57,685 bases of DNA from Bdellovibrionales bacterium (GTDB lineage Bacteria; Bdellovibrionota; Bdellovibrionia; Bdellovibrionales; JAMPXM01), in the NCBI GenBank assembly GCA_043739185.1, contig JAYUEN010000075.1:1-57685 (forward strand), written 5' to 3'. Each line of letters starts with the position of its first letter. Positions within the stretch are counted from its first letter, which is position 1. A program made the translations under genes and the position numbers. Below the pieces are notes generated by a model that made no database searches, was not told the DNA's origin, and was given only the letters and a program-made list of their open reading frames with translations. Of the stretch, positions 57,220 through 57,685 are shown piece by piece.

Positions 57220-57685
57220 AATCGTCTAACAAAACTTTCTTGCACTTTGGTTTCAATTGCCCGCTGCGATCTCTGCTTTCTCACGGTTGCAATAGCCTCT
57301 TCAGAAGAGTAACCAATATTTTTGAGAAAACAGGCCGCCACAAGTCCTGAGCGTCCCAAACCGCCAACACAATGAATGAGAATTTTCCGATTGTGAGCCA
57401 GTTTGGATTGAATCTGATTCAATAATTTTTTGAGATCTTTAGTCAAGGGTGCTTTGCCATCTCGAATTTGAAAAGCTTCAATATCAAATCCAAAGTTTTG
57501 ATATTCTTTCAACAAATCAGGAACGCCATAATTTTTGAGCTCTGAAGGCGTAGCCAGACAAACAATGTCGGTAATTCCGGCTTCTCGTATTGCCATGAGA
57601 TCTTCCTTGAGATTTCGCTTTCGATCGCCCCTACCGGGTAAAATGGTGAGGCCAATTTGTTTTTGTGAGCTCGGTGTATCAATCC
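57216..57685 (-). CDS. CDKN3-like dual-specificity protein phosphatase (5' end outside window)
   Basis: Frame stays open to window end (IGLTILPGR.D..RNL.EDL); HCVGGLGRSG catalytic loop, AIET..Q. Confidence 0.88.
   Translation of the reverse strand, partial: IDTPSSQKQIGLTILPGRGDRKRNLKEDLMAIREAGITDIVCLATPSELKNYGVPDLLKEYQNFGFDIEAFQIRDGKAPLTKDLKKLLNQIQSKLAHNRKILIHCVGGLGRSGLVAACFLKNIGYSSEEAIATVRKQRSQRAIETKVQESFVRRF

Overview
Chromosomal window of a Bdellovibrionales-like predatory bacterium. The assignment rests on recognisable orthologues of B. bacteriovorus DgcB (FHA-GGDEF), the adjacent ECF sigma and pgi, and the RppH Nudix hydrolase. Positions 1-38.4 kb and 52.7-57.7 kb are mostly core genes: flagellin 3' end, sigma54 activator, XerC/D, gmhB, ETF-QO, rplX/rpmB/rpsR, slyD, PhoH, PilZ, rlmN, heptose kinase, gdhA, pyrD, glycosyltransferases, HU/IHF, gcvP and patatin. 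The most unusual part is about 38.5-52.5 kb. It holds two OM barrels on an apparently bidirectional leaderless promoter, a DUF3570-TlpA-DUF4266-like module with no apbE in the window, five single-CxxCH exported proteins, five proteins with a non-canonical (F/Y/L)QNC lipobox, and a four-gene Tat/haem operon. Other points of note: a GGDEF enzyme with the Hypr (3',3'-cGAMP) Asp-to-Ser signature near dgcB, a 35-bp dispersed intergenic repeat family, several FliA-type promoters and leaderless starts, and an H1-like protein with an acidic tail. No rRNA, tRNA, CRISPR array or transposase was seen. All family assignments come from motif recognition by eye, not from database searches.
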